Source: Candidatus Nanohaloarchaea archaeon (GTDB lineage Archaea > Nanohalarchaeota > Nanosalinia > Nanosalinales > Nanosalinaceae). From it: DNA of 64,000 nucleotides. The position numbers and the translations under genes were made by a program. The stretch is from NCBI GenBank assembly GCA_014297435.1, contig JACOQA010000003.1, forward strand, positions 128,001-192,000, in the 5' to 3' direction. The notes beneath the pieces were generated by a model. That model ran no database searches. It was not told the origin of the DNA and saw nothing but the letters and a program-made list of their open reading frames with translations. Numbering within the stretch: position 1 is the stretch's first letter; each line of letters begins with the position of its first letter. Positions 19,552 to 28,330 of the stretch are shown in pieces.

Positions 19552-20037
19552 ATGAGAATTAGAACCGCGGATATCGAGGACAGAGAAATCTTGGCTCATG
19601 AGATGTGGATAGAACTTGCCGAGATGATGGAGCCTTACAGCGAAGCTAACGAGCTTAAGGAAGATCCTAAAGAGCTTGCTTTAAACGGATTCGAGAATGT
19701 TCTAGAAAGCGAAGATTACGAGACATTTCTAATCGAAAAAGACGGCAACGAAATAGGTTTCATGAACGTCAAGGTAGAGGAAAAAACCACTTTCAAGATG
19801 GATAAATGCTTGGACATAGTCGACCTTTTCATCAAAGAAGGTTTTCGTGGCGAGGGCTACGGAACCAAGTTAGTTGAGAAAGCGGAAGAATACGCAGATA
19901 AAACCGGATGCGATTACATAACCGTTTCCGCCGAGTGGAAGAACAAGAAAGCACAGGAGTTCTACGAGAAGAAAGGTTTTAAGCAAAAGCAGGTTCAGTT
20001 CATCAAATTGAGGGATGAAAAATGGAGCAGGCGATAA
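19552..20037 (+). CDS. GNAT acetyltransferase
   Basis: FRGEGYGT, N..A..FYEKKGF. Confidence 0.9.
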   Translation: MRIRTADIEDREILAHEMWIELAEMMEPYSEANELKEDPKELALNGFENVLESEDYETFLIEKDGNEIGFMNVKVEEKTTFKMDKCLDIVDLFIKEGFRGEGYGTKLVEKAEEYADKTGCDYITVSAEWKNKKAQEFYEKKGFKQKQVQFIKLRDEKWSRR

Positions 20038-21002
20038 AGGATAAGATTGAATCAGCTCTTGAAGAAAGTTTTGAGTGGACGAAAATTGAGAAAGGCTTAA
20101 ACAGTGTTTACAGAATCTATTCCGGGAAAAAAAAGTTTATCGTGAAAGTTCATACTAACGAAAACCTTGAATCCGAAAATTTCAAAGCCGAGCCACTCAT
20201 TTACGATGCAATACAGGAAAAAACGGATGTTCCAAGCCCTAAAGTCATACATGAATCACTTGATGACGAAGAGTTCAGCTTCTATGTCATGGAATTAATT
20301 GAAGGAGAGAATCCCGGACCAAGAAGAAAGAACTTGGAAATGGAAACCCTTGAAGACTTAATTTTCGAATACGGCAAGATTCTAGGGGAGATACATAGAG
20401 AAATAGGCTTCGAATCCTACGGAGAACTCGAAGGAAGTACGGACGGACCGACAGTCAGGGATAGTTCTGAGAACTGGAGGGATGAGCTCTCTGAAATATT
20501 CCATGTTTATAGGGATATTGTCGAAGACGAGTGGGATAACCCTCCGAAAATGGAAATACCTGATAATTTGGGCTGTATACCTGAGAGACCTAAGCCCTCA
20601 CTTATTCACGTAGACAACAGACTTGACAATCTTCTAGTCGAAGACAATCGGATAACCGGATTTATTGACTGGAGTTTTACACGTACCGGTCATAACGAGT
20701 ACGATCTCATACGGGCAGAATATCTGCTAATAGATTATGATCTAAGATTTCTTAGTGAGACCAAAAAGGAAAGACTCAAAGAAAGCCTTTTCGGAGGGTA
20801 TAGGGAGGAAATTGATCTGGATAAAGATTCTGGGTTCAAAGCAAGGAGACAGTTGTACCGGTATGCCCCGGTTTTCTGGCTGGCTGCAGGGTTTCAGAGC
20901 TGGGGTCAGGACCTAGAAAAAGATGCTTACCAGGAGATGCTCCAGTTGATTATTGAAAGCCTAAAGGAGGAAAAGCCAAAAAATCTTCCCTTCAACCAAT
21001 AG
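20022..21002 (+). CDS. Aminoglycoside phosphotransferase-family kinase
   Basis: LIHVD.RLDNLL, GFIDW. Confidence 0.85.
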   Translation: MEQAIKDKIESALEESFEWTKIEKGLNSVYRIYSGKKKFIVKVHTNENLESENFKAEPLIYDAIQEKTDVPSPKVIHESLDDEEFSFYVMELIEGENPGPRRKNLEMETLEDLIFEYGKILGEIHREIGFESYGELEGSTDGPTVRDSSENWRDELSEIFHVYRDIVEDEWDNPPKMEIPDNLGCIPERPKPSLIHVDNRLDNLLVEDNRITGFIDWSFTRTGHNEYDLIRAEYLLIDYDLRFLSETKKERLKESLFGGYREEIDLDKDSGFKARRQLYRYAPVFWLAAGFQSWGQDLEKDAYQEMLQLIIESLKEEKPKNLPFNQ

Positions 21003-21004
21003 TT

Positions 21005-21289
21005 ATGCCTATCACTCCTGAAAACCTTCCCCGCCACGAACTGATCGGACTTGAATGCGAAGTTGTAGAAGCAAAGGATGAGAACCTGATCGGATTGAAA
21101 GGCGAGGTTCTTGATGAGACTCAATCCCTACTAAGGATTGGTGATACGAAGGTCGAAAAGAAGATCTGCACTTTCGAATTCGAGCTTCCTTCAGGCGAAA
21201 AGGTCGAGCTGGACGGCAAACTGATTGATAAGAGACCTGAGGAACGTGTCGGGATGAAGCTTCCGGGCAAATGGAGTTACGTTGATTGA
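21005..21289 (+). CDS. rnp1: RNase P protein subunit Rpp29
   Basis: HELIGL, G.G.VLDET, RPEER. Confidence 0.95.
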   Translation: MPITPENLPRHELIGLECEVVEAKDENLIGLKGEVLDETQSLLRIGDTKVEKKICTFEFELPSGEKVELDGKLIDKRPEERVGMKLPGKWSYVD

Positions 21290-21326
21290 ACGAGCCTTTT
21301 TGAATTTTTGTTACTAACTGGTATGT

Positions 21327-21614
21327 ATGGGAGAGGGGAACTACACTTCGATCGAAGATTATTCTCAAGAAGGAGAGTTTGAGGTTGTGACTGCATTCAA
21401 CCTTGTAAATGAATTTGATATGAATCCTGAGCCAGGGAAGATGTGGGCTGTAGCCGATTATCTTATGAAGTCACTTCAGGGAAAGGACGAGGCTGATTCT
21501 TATGACGAAGCTATCCTCAAGTCGGCGAGAAACACCAGTATTGATCGTGGAGACAACCAACTGGACCTAGCTTACGATACTATCGAGGAGCTTGGAAAGC
21601 TTTACCTCGACTAA
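21327..21614 (+). CDS. Hypothetical acidic protein
   Basis: 95 aa ORF. Confidence 0.65.
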   Translation: MGEGNYTSIEDYSQEGEFEVVTAFNLVNEFDMNPEPGKMWAVADYLMKSLQGKDEADSYDEAILKSARNTSIDRGDNQLDLAYDTIEELGKLYLD

Positions 21615-21649
21615 ACCCCTTTTTAAAACTTTAGTTCTATTGTTGGGAT

Positions 21650-21779
21650 AGCCGCTTGGAGTCGTGAATTGACGAAAGCCTATTGTCCGGGTTTTCAGAT
21701 TGGAGCGATACTCCGGGAGCAGCGAGAGAAAAACCTCGTGTAGAACGTACAGTTTTTCCCGGGTAACTTACCAGTGGTT
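21650..21779 (+). ncRNA. Candidate ~130-nt structured non-coding RNA, class unknown
   Basis: TATA-like TTTTAAAA ~25-30 nt upstream; nested stems GCCGC(T)TGG/CCAGTGGT and TTGTCCGGG/CCCGGGTAA plus internal hairpins. Confidence 0.6.
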
Positions 21780-21828
21780 TACTTAAAAAGTTTACAATCG
21801 AACGAGACTACATCAGGGCTAAAGAACC

Positions 21829-22110
21829 ATGACAGAATCAATTGAAACCGAATACCCCGTTAGGGGAGGAACTTTCGTTGGGACGGTAGAGTCCACGAAG
21901 ATGCAGAAATCCGCAACAGTAAGATGGGAGTACTCTGAGAAGGTTCCCAAGTACGAGAGGTACGAGAGAAGAAACACCAAGATAACGGTTCACGTGCCCG
22001 AAGACGTAGAGATCGAGGAAGGCGACGAAGTCAAAGTAGGAGAAACGAAGCCTATCTCGAAGACTAAAAGCCATGTTATAATCGAAAAAGTAGAAGACGG
22101 TGAAGAGTAA
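21829..22110 (+). CDS. rps17: 30S ribosomal protein uS17
   Basis: KYERYERR, ETKPISKTK. Confidence 0.97.
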   Translation: MTESIETEYPVRGGTFVGTVESTKMQKSATVRWEYSEKVPKYERYERRNTKITVHVPEDVEIEEGDEVKVGETKPISKTKSHVIIEKVEDGEE

Positions 22111-22509
22111 ATGAAGCCGATCGGATCCAACATAACAAGAACACTGGATATCGGCGCAGAACTTACATGCGCAGATAACTCCGGAGCAAAGAAGCTAGAA
22201 ATCATCGGAGTCAAGGCAAGACAGGGACGACGTTCCCGAAGGAACTCTGCAGGAATCGGAGACAAAGTAATGGTAAAGATCCTGAAGGGAGACCAGGAAG
22301 TCAAGAACCAGGTCTTCGAAGCAGTGATCGTCAGACAGGCAAAGGAATTCCAGAGACCTAACGGACTAAGAGTAGAGTTTGAAGACAACGCAGCAGTACT
22401 AGTGGAAGACACAGGACTTCCAAAAGGATCGGTTACAAGAGGACCTATCGCGAAAGAAGTCGTCGAAAGATACAGCCCGATCGGAAAGATCGCATCACAG
22501 GTGGTGTAA
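22111..22509 (+). CDS. rpl14: 50S ribosomal protein uL14
   Basis: CADNSGAK, FEDNAAV. Confidence 0.98.
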   Translation: MKPIGSNITRTLDIGAELTCADNSGAKKLEIIGVKARQGRRSRRNSAGIGDKVMVKILKGDQEVKNQVFEAVIVRQAKEFQRPNGLRVEFEDNAAVLVEDTGLPKGSVTRGPIAKEVVERYSPIGKIASQVV

Positions 22510-22512
22510 AAA

Positions 22513-23247
22513 ATGGTAAACGAGACAGAGAACTGGAGTAGCAACTGGAAATCAAGCAAGAAACCTTCAAAACAGAGAAAGTACAGAGATAACGCACCTC
22601 TACACGTAAAGGACAAACTTGTTTCTGCACATCTAGACGAAGAACTTAGAGAAGAAGTCGGAACAAGAAACATGCCTCTCAGAACAGGAGACAGAGTAAG
22701 AGTTATGAGAGGAGACCAGAAAGGTGCAGAAGGAATCGTAAACAATATTGACAGAGAAAATACTCGAGTCTACATCGATGGAGTTGAGAACGAGAGAACC
22801 GATGGTTCAACGAACCAGAAGGCTTTCCCTCCATCCAACGTACAGATCGTAGCACTAAACATCGAAGACATCTCAAGGATCGAGAAATACGATGTCGAAG
22901 ACTACGAAGAGATCAAAGTCGAAGAAGAAGAGCTCGAAGAAGCCCTAGCAGAAGATGAAGAAGAGAACGAGATGATGCAGCAGATGCAGGGCGGAGAATC
23001 AGGAGCTCACGAGCAGTTCGAAGAAGACGAAGAAGAAACAGAAGAAGTAGAGGAAGAGACTGAAGAAACAGAAGAGGAAGAAGTTGAAGCCGATTACAGC
23101 GAAGTTGTTTCGCAGAACATCGGCGATGTAAAGGATTCAGTTCAGGAGATGGAAAGCCCTGACTACGATGCTCTGCTCGAAGCAGAGGAAGACAACAAGG
23201 ACAGGAAAACCATGAAGGAATGGATCGAATCTCAAAAAGAGGAGTGA
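22513..23247 (+). CDS. rpl24: 50S ribosomal protein uL24 with long acidic C-terminal extension
   Basis: SKKPSKQRK, APLH, GD.V.VMRG; ~125 extra residues. Confidence 0.97.
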   Translation: MVNETENWSSNWKSSKKPSKQRKYRDNAPLHVKDKLVSAHLDEELREEVGTRNMPLRTGDRVRVMRGDQKGAEGIVNNIDRENTRVYIDGVENERTDGSTNQKAFPPSNVQIVALNIEDISRIEKYDVEDYEEIKVEEEELEEALAEDEEENEMMQQMQGGESGAHEQFEEDEEETEEVEEETEETEEEEVEADYSEVVSQNIGDVKDSVQEMESPDYDALLEAEEDNKDRKTMKEWIESQKEE

Positions 23248-23253
23248 TTTCAA

Positions 23254-23913
23254 ATGACAAAACACCAGAAAAGGCTTTCAGCACCTAAGCACTACCCTAT
23301 CTCGAGAAAGGATAACACTTACGTCTCGACGATCAAGGGTTCAAGAAGTTTCGAAAACGCAATACCGACCGTCCTACTTCTCAGAGACGTACTTGAGTAC
23401 GCGGACAACGAGAAGGAAGCGAAAAAGATTGTCAGAGACGGAAAAGTCTACAGAAACGGCGACAGGATCAGAGACGTAAAAGAAGGCGTAGGTCTTCTGG
23501 ACGTCGTAACAATCCCTGAAACAGAGGAAGCCTTCAGAGCAGTAAGAAGAGGCAAGTACCTAGAGTTCGTCGAAATTGAGGACGAAGAAAGGGTTGCCGC
23601 AAAAGTCGTTGACAAATCTGTTGAAGGAGATGAATACGTTTACAGGCTTCACAACGGAGAAAACTATGCTACTGGAGACGAGTTCTCCACAGGCTCAACG
23701 CTTGTTTTCAACGGCGGAGTCGAGGAACTAGAGCTCGAAGAAGGAGCAACAGTTCTAGTTGTCGATGGACAGCACGCCGGAGAGACAGCAGAGCTTGAAG
23801 AGATCAACGAAAGAGGAATGAACAAGAACACAGGTCTCGTGTCCACGGAAGAAAACTCTTTCGAGACACAGCTCGAAAACCTTGTAGCAGTTGGAGACCT
23901 GGAGGTCGAGTAA
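23254..23913 (+). CDS. rps4e: 30S ribosomal protein eS4
   Basis: HQKRLSAP, LLRDVL, GLLDV. Confidence 0.96.
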   Translation: MTKHQKRLSAPKHYPISRKDNTYVSTIKGSRSFENAIPTVLLLRDVLEYADNEKEAKKIVRDGKVYRNGDRIRDVKEGVGLLDVVTIPETEEAFRAVRRGKYLEFVEIEDEERVAAKVVDKSVEGDEYVYRLHNGENYATGDEFSTGSTLVFNGGVEELELEEGATVLVVDGQHAGETAELEEINERGMNKNTGLVSTEENSFETQLENLVAVGDLEVE

Positions 23914-23916
23914 AAA

Positions 23917-24429
23917 ATGAGCGAGAACGTGATGAAGCAGATCGAGATCGGTAAAGTTGTAGTAAACATAGGAATAGGACAGGTCGGAGACGACGTTGAA
24001 AAAGCAGTCAACCTGCTTGAAAAACTTACAGACAAGCAGCCTGTCAAAGCAGAATCAAAGGAAGCTTCGAAGACGTTCGGAAAACGTTCCGGACTAAATA
24101 TTGGAGCATTCGTAACCCTCAGAGGAGAGGAAGCAAGAGAGTTCCTCGAAAAAGTTCTTCCTGCAAAGGACGAGCTTGATGCCGACGCATTCGATGGAAA
24201 CGGAAACTTCTCATTCGGTATCTCCGAGTACATTGATGTTCCGGGTGTAGACTACGATGCGGACATCGGCATGATGGGATTCGAGGTAGCAGTAAACCTC
24301 GAAAGACCTGGTTACAGGGTAAAGAAGAGAGACCACAAGCCAACCAGTGTTGGAAAAGAACACCAGGTTTCCAACGACGAAGGAAGAGAGTTCGTCGATG
24401 AAAACTTCGAAGTCGAGGTGAACGAGTAA
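23917..24429 (+). CDS. rpl5: 50S ribosomal protein uL5
   Basis: KVVVNIG, FD.NGNFSFGI, RPGYRV. Confidence 0.98.
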   Translation: MSENVMKQIEIGKVVVNIGIGQVGDDVEKAVNLLEKLTDKQPVKAESKEASKTFGKRSGLNIGAFVTLRGEEAREFLEKVLPAKDELDADAFDGNGNFSFGISEYIDVPGVDYDADIGMMGFEVAVNLERPGYRVKKRDHKPTSVGKEHQVSNDEGREFVDENFEVEVNE

Positions 24430-24654
24430 ATGTCATACGAGAAAGTACTAGACCAGATCAAGCACAAAGAAGGAAAGAGAAAGAAGTTCGAGAAGCACAA
24501 CGCTCCCAAGGACAGGGACTACGGAAAAGCAAAGAAAGAATGCAGAAGATGCGGCAGAACAGGGAAAGGAATTCTTTCCCAGTACGGACTTAACTACTGC
24601 CGTCAGTGCTTCCGCGAAATCGCAGAAGATCTGGGATTCAAACAACTAAAATAG
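24430..24654 (+). CDS. rps14: 30S ribosomal protein uS14
   Basis: CRRCG...CRQCFRE. Confidence 0.97.
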   Translation: MSYEKVLDQIKHKEGKRKKFEKHNAPKDRDYGKAKKECRRCGRTGKGILSQYGLNYCRQCFREIAEDLGFKQLK

Positions 24655-24667
24655 AGGTGAAGAAGAG

Positions 24668-25057
24668 ATGCAACACGATACACTGAGCGACGCACTTTCC
24701 GCAATCAACAACGCAGCGAGAAAGGGCAACAACTACGCAACAATCAGCCCTACAAGCAATCTTATCCAGAACGTCCTACTCAAGCTTCAGGACGAAGGAT
24801 ACATCGGAGTCTTCGAACTTATCGAGGACGGTAAAGGTGGAAAGTACAAGGTAGAGGTCAAGGAAGCAGTAAACAAGTGTGAACCAGTCAAGCCTAACTT
24901 CTACGTTGGAAGCGACGAACACACAGAGTGGGCAAAGAGATACTTGCCTGCACGAAACTTCGGAAAACTCATAGTAACAACACCGAGAGGAGTTCTCACC
25001 CACGACGAGGCAGTTGAAGAAAACGTGGGCGGAAAGCTCCTTGGGTACGTCTACTAG
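24668..25057 (+). CDS. rps8: 30S ribosomal protein uS8
   Basis: GYIG.FE, YLPARNFG, GGKLLGYVY. Confidence 0.98.
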   Translation: MQHDTLSDALSAINNAARKGNNYATISPTSNLIQNVLLKLQDEGYIGVFELIEDGKGGKYKVEVKEAVNKCEPVKPNFYVGSDEHTEWAKRYLPARNFGKLIVTTPRGVLTHDEAVEENVGGKLLGYVY

Positions 25058-25069
25058 GTGAAAAAGAAA

Positions 25070-25594
25070 ATGAGAGAGACAGCAGACCTCAACGGATTCG
25101 AAGCCAACTACGAAGACGGCGTACTTGAAGTTGAAGGAAACGGCGAAACAGTTTCAAGAAAGCTTAACCACGCACGAATCGATGTAGAAGTCAAGGATGG
25201 AGAAGTAGTTTTCTCCTCAGACGAGAGCAACAAGACAGTTAAGTCAATCCTTGGAACTTTCAGGTCCCACGTCCAGAACATGGTCGACGGACTTGAAGAT
25301 GAACACGTCTACCAGATGAAAGGTGTTTACGCACACTTCCCTATGGACATCGATGTAGAGAACGACCAGGTAGTGATCGGAAACTTCATGGGAGAAAGAA
25401 ATCCTAGAAAGGTCGATATTGCTGAAGGCGCAGAAGTATCAGTAAACGGCGAAGACCTAGAAATCAGAGGTGCAGACAAAGAAGCAGTAGGACTTACCGC
25501 CGGACGTATCGAACAGGCATGCAAGAAAGGGAACCGCGATCCAAGAACGTTCCAGGACGGAGTCTACATTACAGACAAAGGTGAGAAAGAATGA
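25070..25594 (+). CDS. rpl6: 50S ribosomal protein uL6
   Basis: YAHFPM, NFMGE, RDPRTFQDGVY. Confidence 0.98.
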   Translation: MRETADLNGFEANYEDGVLEVEGNGETVSRKLNHARIDVEVKDGEVVFSSDESNKTVKSILGTFRSHVQNMVDGLEDEHVYQMKGVYAHFPMDIDVENDQVVIGNFMGERNPRKVDIAEGAEVSVNGEDLEIRGADKEAVGLTAGRIEQACKKGNRDPRTFQDGVYITDKGEKE

Positions 25595-25929
25595 GCGACG
25601 ATTTCAAGAGAGAAGACAACCACAAGAAGACACAGACCCCTAGCTCGTGGAGAAAGCCTAAAGGAGGGCACTCCCGTGCACGTCTGAAGAAGAAAGGTGC
25701 GAACCCTCTTCCGAAGGCAGGTTACAGAACTGATAAAGATGTTAGAGGCAAGCATCCTTCCGGATATGAGGAAGTGCTTGTCCACAACACCTCCGACCTT
25801 GAGGAACTTGATGAAGAGACAGAAGCAGCACGAATCGGTTCAACAGTCGGAGACAGAAAACGTGAAAAGATAGTTAAAAAAGCTGACGATGAAGGAATCC
25901 ATGTGCTTAACAGAGGTGACGAAGAATGA
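25591..25929 (+). CDS. rpl32e: 50S ribosomal protein eL32
   Basis: WRKPKG, RGKHPSG. Confidence 0.96.
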   Translation: MSDDFKREDNHKKTQTPSSWRKPKGGHSRARLKKKGANPLPKAGYRTDKDVRGKHPSGYEEVLVHNTSDLEELDEETEAARIGSTVGDRKREKIVKKADDEGIHVLNRGDEE

Positions 25930-26369
25930 CCGACCTTAAATCACAGAAGAGAATGGCTTCAGAAGTACTTGACGTAGGAAAGAACCGTGTCTGGATCGAT
26001 CCGGACAACACAGAGAAAGTAGAGGAAGCCATCACAAGGAACGACATCAGGAACCTGGTCGAGTCAGGAGTCATCCAGAAAAAAGATGTTAAAGGAACCT
26101 CGAAAGGTCGTGCAAGAGACAAGAAGAAGCAGAAAGCCAAAGGACGCAGAAAAGGTCAAGGAAACAGGAAAGGAAAGAAGACAGCAAGGAAAGATTCCAA
26201 AGAAGAATGGCAGGAAAAAATCCGTGCCATCAGGAAAAGACTCAAGGAAATGAAGGAAGAGGAAGAAGTTTCGAACGACGAGTACTGGGATCTTTACGAC
26301 ATGGCAAAGGGAGGATTCTTCCGTAACACAAAACACCTAGAAAACCACGTCGAGAACAAGCTAGAGTGA
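25926..26369 (+). CDS. rpl19e: 50S ribosomal protein eL19
   Basis: QKRMAS, RVWIDP, AKGG.F. Confidence 0.97.
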   Translation: MTDLKSQKRMASEVLDVGKNRVWIDPDNTEKVEEAITRNDIRNLVESGVIQKKDVKGTSKGRARDKKKQKAKGRRKGQGNRKGKKTARKDSKEEWQEKIRAIRKRLKEMKEEEEVSNDEYWDLYDMAKGGFFRNTKHLENHVENKLE

Positions 26370-26375
26370 TTACAA

Positions 26376-26885
26376 ATGGCAGACACATCAAACTACGAAC
26401 TACCTTTCAGGAGAAGAAGAGAACAGAAAACAGACTACAAACAGAGACTTGGACTTCTGAAATCAGGTAAGCCAAGAGCAGTTGTAAGAATCTCTAACAA
26501 CCATACTAGAGTCCACCTCTCTCACTACAAACAGGAGGGAGATGAAAACACAGCTCAGACACTTTCAAAGGAGCTTGAAGAGTACGGATGGGAGAACCAT
26601 ACAGGCAATCTTCCTGCCGCTTACTTGACAGGTTTCCTTGCAGGAATGAAGGCTGAAGAGGACGAAGCAGTTCTCGACCTAGGACTAAGAGAGAAAAACA
26701 AGGGCGGAAGAATGTTTGCCGCTCTCAAAGGATTGATCGATGCAGGAGTCGAAATCCCTGCAGGCGAATCCATCTTCCCATCCGAGGAAAGACTAAGGGG
26801 AGAACACATCGAAGAGATGACAGACAAAGAAGTACCTGCAAACTTCGATGAAACAAAGGAAGCAATCAGAGGTGAGTTCGAATAA
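26376..26885 (+). CDS. rpl18: 50S ribosomal protein uL18
   Basis: RRRRE.KTDY, NLPAAYLTG. Confidence 0.97.
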   Translation: MADTSNYELPFRRRREQKTDYKQRLGLLKSGKPRAVVRISNNHTRVHLSHYKQEGDENTAQTLSKELEEYGWENHTGNLPAAYLTGFLAGMKAEEDEAVLDLGLREKNKGGRMFAALKGLIDAGVEIPAGESIFPSEERLRGEHIEEMTDKEVPANFDETKEAIRGEFE

Positions 26886-27556
26886 TGTCACAGGAAATGG
26901 AAGAAGAGGAGATCTGGAAGCCACGCACCAAGCTAGGCGGAAAGGTCGCTAACGGAGAAATCACAAAGATCACAGAAGCACTTGACTCCAAGTACCCAAT
27001 CATGGAAGAAGAGATCGTCGACCAGCTTGTCGACCTGGACGAAGAGGTAATCTTGATCGGAGGAACACCAGGAAAAGGAGGCGGCGTAAGAAGAACTGTT
27101 TCAAAGAGAACATGCAGAATGCACAAGTCAGGAGGACGTTACTCCACAAACGCTATGGCAGTTCTCGGAAACAGAAGAAATGTTGTAGGACTTGGAGAAG
27201 GAGACGCAAACGATACAAGAGCAGCTATCGAATCCGCTTCAAGAGAAGCAAAGCTCAACCTCATAAAGGTAAACAGAGGGAACGGATCCTGGGAAGACAG
27301 AGGAGACGACTCAACATCGATTCCTTTCAAAGTTACAGGAAAGTCCGGTTCTGTTGAAGTAGAGCTTAAGCCTGCACCGAGAGGAACAGGGCTTGCAGCA
27401 TCAGAAGGAGTAAAGAAGATGCTTGAGCTTGCCGGAATCCAGAACATCTACGTTGAATCCCGAGGACAGACAAGAACACGGGAGAACATGATGAAGGCAA
27501 CATTCGAAGCTCTCAAGAAGCTCAACGAATACGAATCACCAGGTGATGCAGAATGA
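26885..27556 (+). CDS. rps5: 30S ribosomal protein uS5
   Basis: W.PRTKLG, GSWE, PAPRGTGL. Confidence 0.97.
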   Translation: MSQEMEEEEIWKPRTKLGGKVANGEITKITEALDSKYPIMEEEIVDQLVDLDEEVILIGGTPGKGGGVRRTVSKRTCRMHKSGGRYSTNAMAVLGNRRNVVGLGEGDANDTRAAIESASREAKLNLIKVNRGNGSWEDRGDDSTSIPFKVTGKSGSVEVELKPAPRGTGLAASEGVKKMLELAGIQNIYVESRGQTRTRENMMKATFEALKKLNEYESPGDAE

Positions 27557-27900
27557 TCGCAGCAGTAAGAGTAAGAGGTCCAGTAGACCTTAACGAAACA
27601 GTGAACAACACACTCGACAACATCAACCTGAACACAAAAAACCAGGTTGTAGTCTTCGAGGAAAACGAAGCAATCATGGGAATGATGAACTCTGTAAAGG
27701 ACTACATCACCTATGGAGAGATCTCCGATGAAGTAGTAGAGAAACTTGAGGAAAGAAAAGGAGAGAGTCTCGAGTCAGGAGATACAGTCAATCTTTCGCC
27801 TCCATCAGGAGGATTCGAAGACACGAAAAGAAACACGGGACAGGGCGGAAGCCTTGGAAAACGTGAAAATATCGACGAACTTTTAGAGAGGATGGTATAA
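27553..27900 (+). CDS. rpl30: 50S ribosomal protein uL30
   Basis: AVRVRG, VKDYITYGE, L.PP.GG. Confidence 0.95.
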   Translation: MIAAVRVRGPVDLNETVNNTLDNINLNTKNQVVVFEENEAIMGMMNSVKDYITYGEISDEVVEKLEERKGESLESGDTVNLSPPSGGFEDTKRNTGQGGSLGKRENIDELLERMV

Positions 27901-28326
27901 ATGACGAAGAGAAGATCTAAGAAGAATAAGTCCGGTTCTCACGGACACGGTTCATCGAAGAAAAACCGTGGAGCAGGAAGCAAAGGTGGAAGAGGTAACG
28001 CCGGAAGAGGAAAGAAGGCAAAACACCACAAGATGCAGTCAGGCGAAGTCCACGAGCTTGGAGAGAAAGGATTCAACTCCCGGAAGTCCGAGCAGGACGG
28101 CATCAACCTGAGAGACATCGACCAGAGAATCGACGACTTCGTAGAAGAAGGTTCTGCGGAAGAAACTGAGGACGGTTATGTCTTCCACGCTTCCGACGCA
28201 GGATACGAAAAGGTTCTCGGAAAAGGACAGCTCAGGAAGGACATCGAGATCCATGCCGAAGATTTTTCCAGCACGGCAGAAGAAAAGTTAAAAGAAGCCG
28301 GAGTTGAACCTGTAATAGAGGATTAA
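27901..28326 (+). CDS. rpl15: 50S ribosomal protein uL15
   Basis: RGAGSKGGRGNAG, KVLGKG. Confidence 0.96.
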   Translation: MTKRRSKKNKSGSHGHGSSKKNRGAGSKGGRGNAGRGKKAKHHKMQSGEVHELGEKGFNSRKSEQDGINLRDIDQRIDDFVEEGSAEETEDGYVFHASDAGYEKVLGKGQLRKDIEIHAEDFSSTAEEKLKEAGVEPVIED

Positions 28327-28330
28327 ACGA

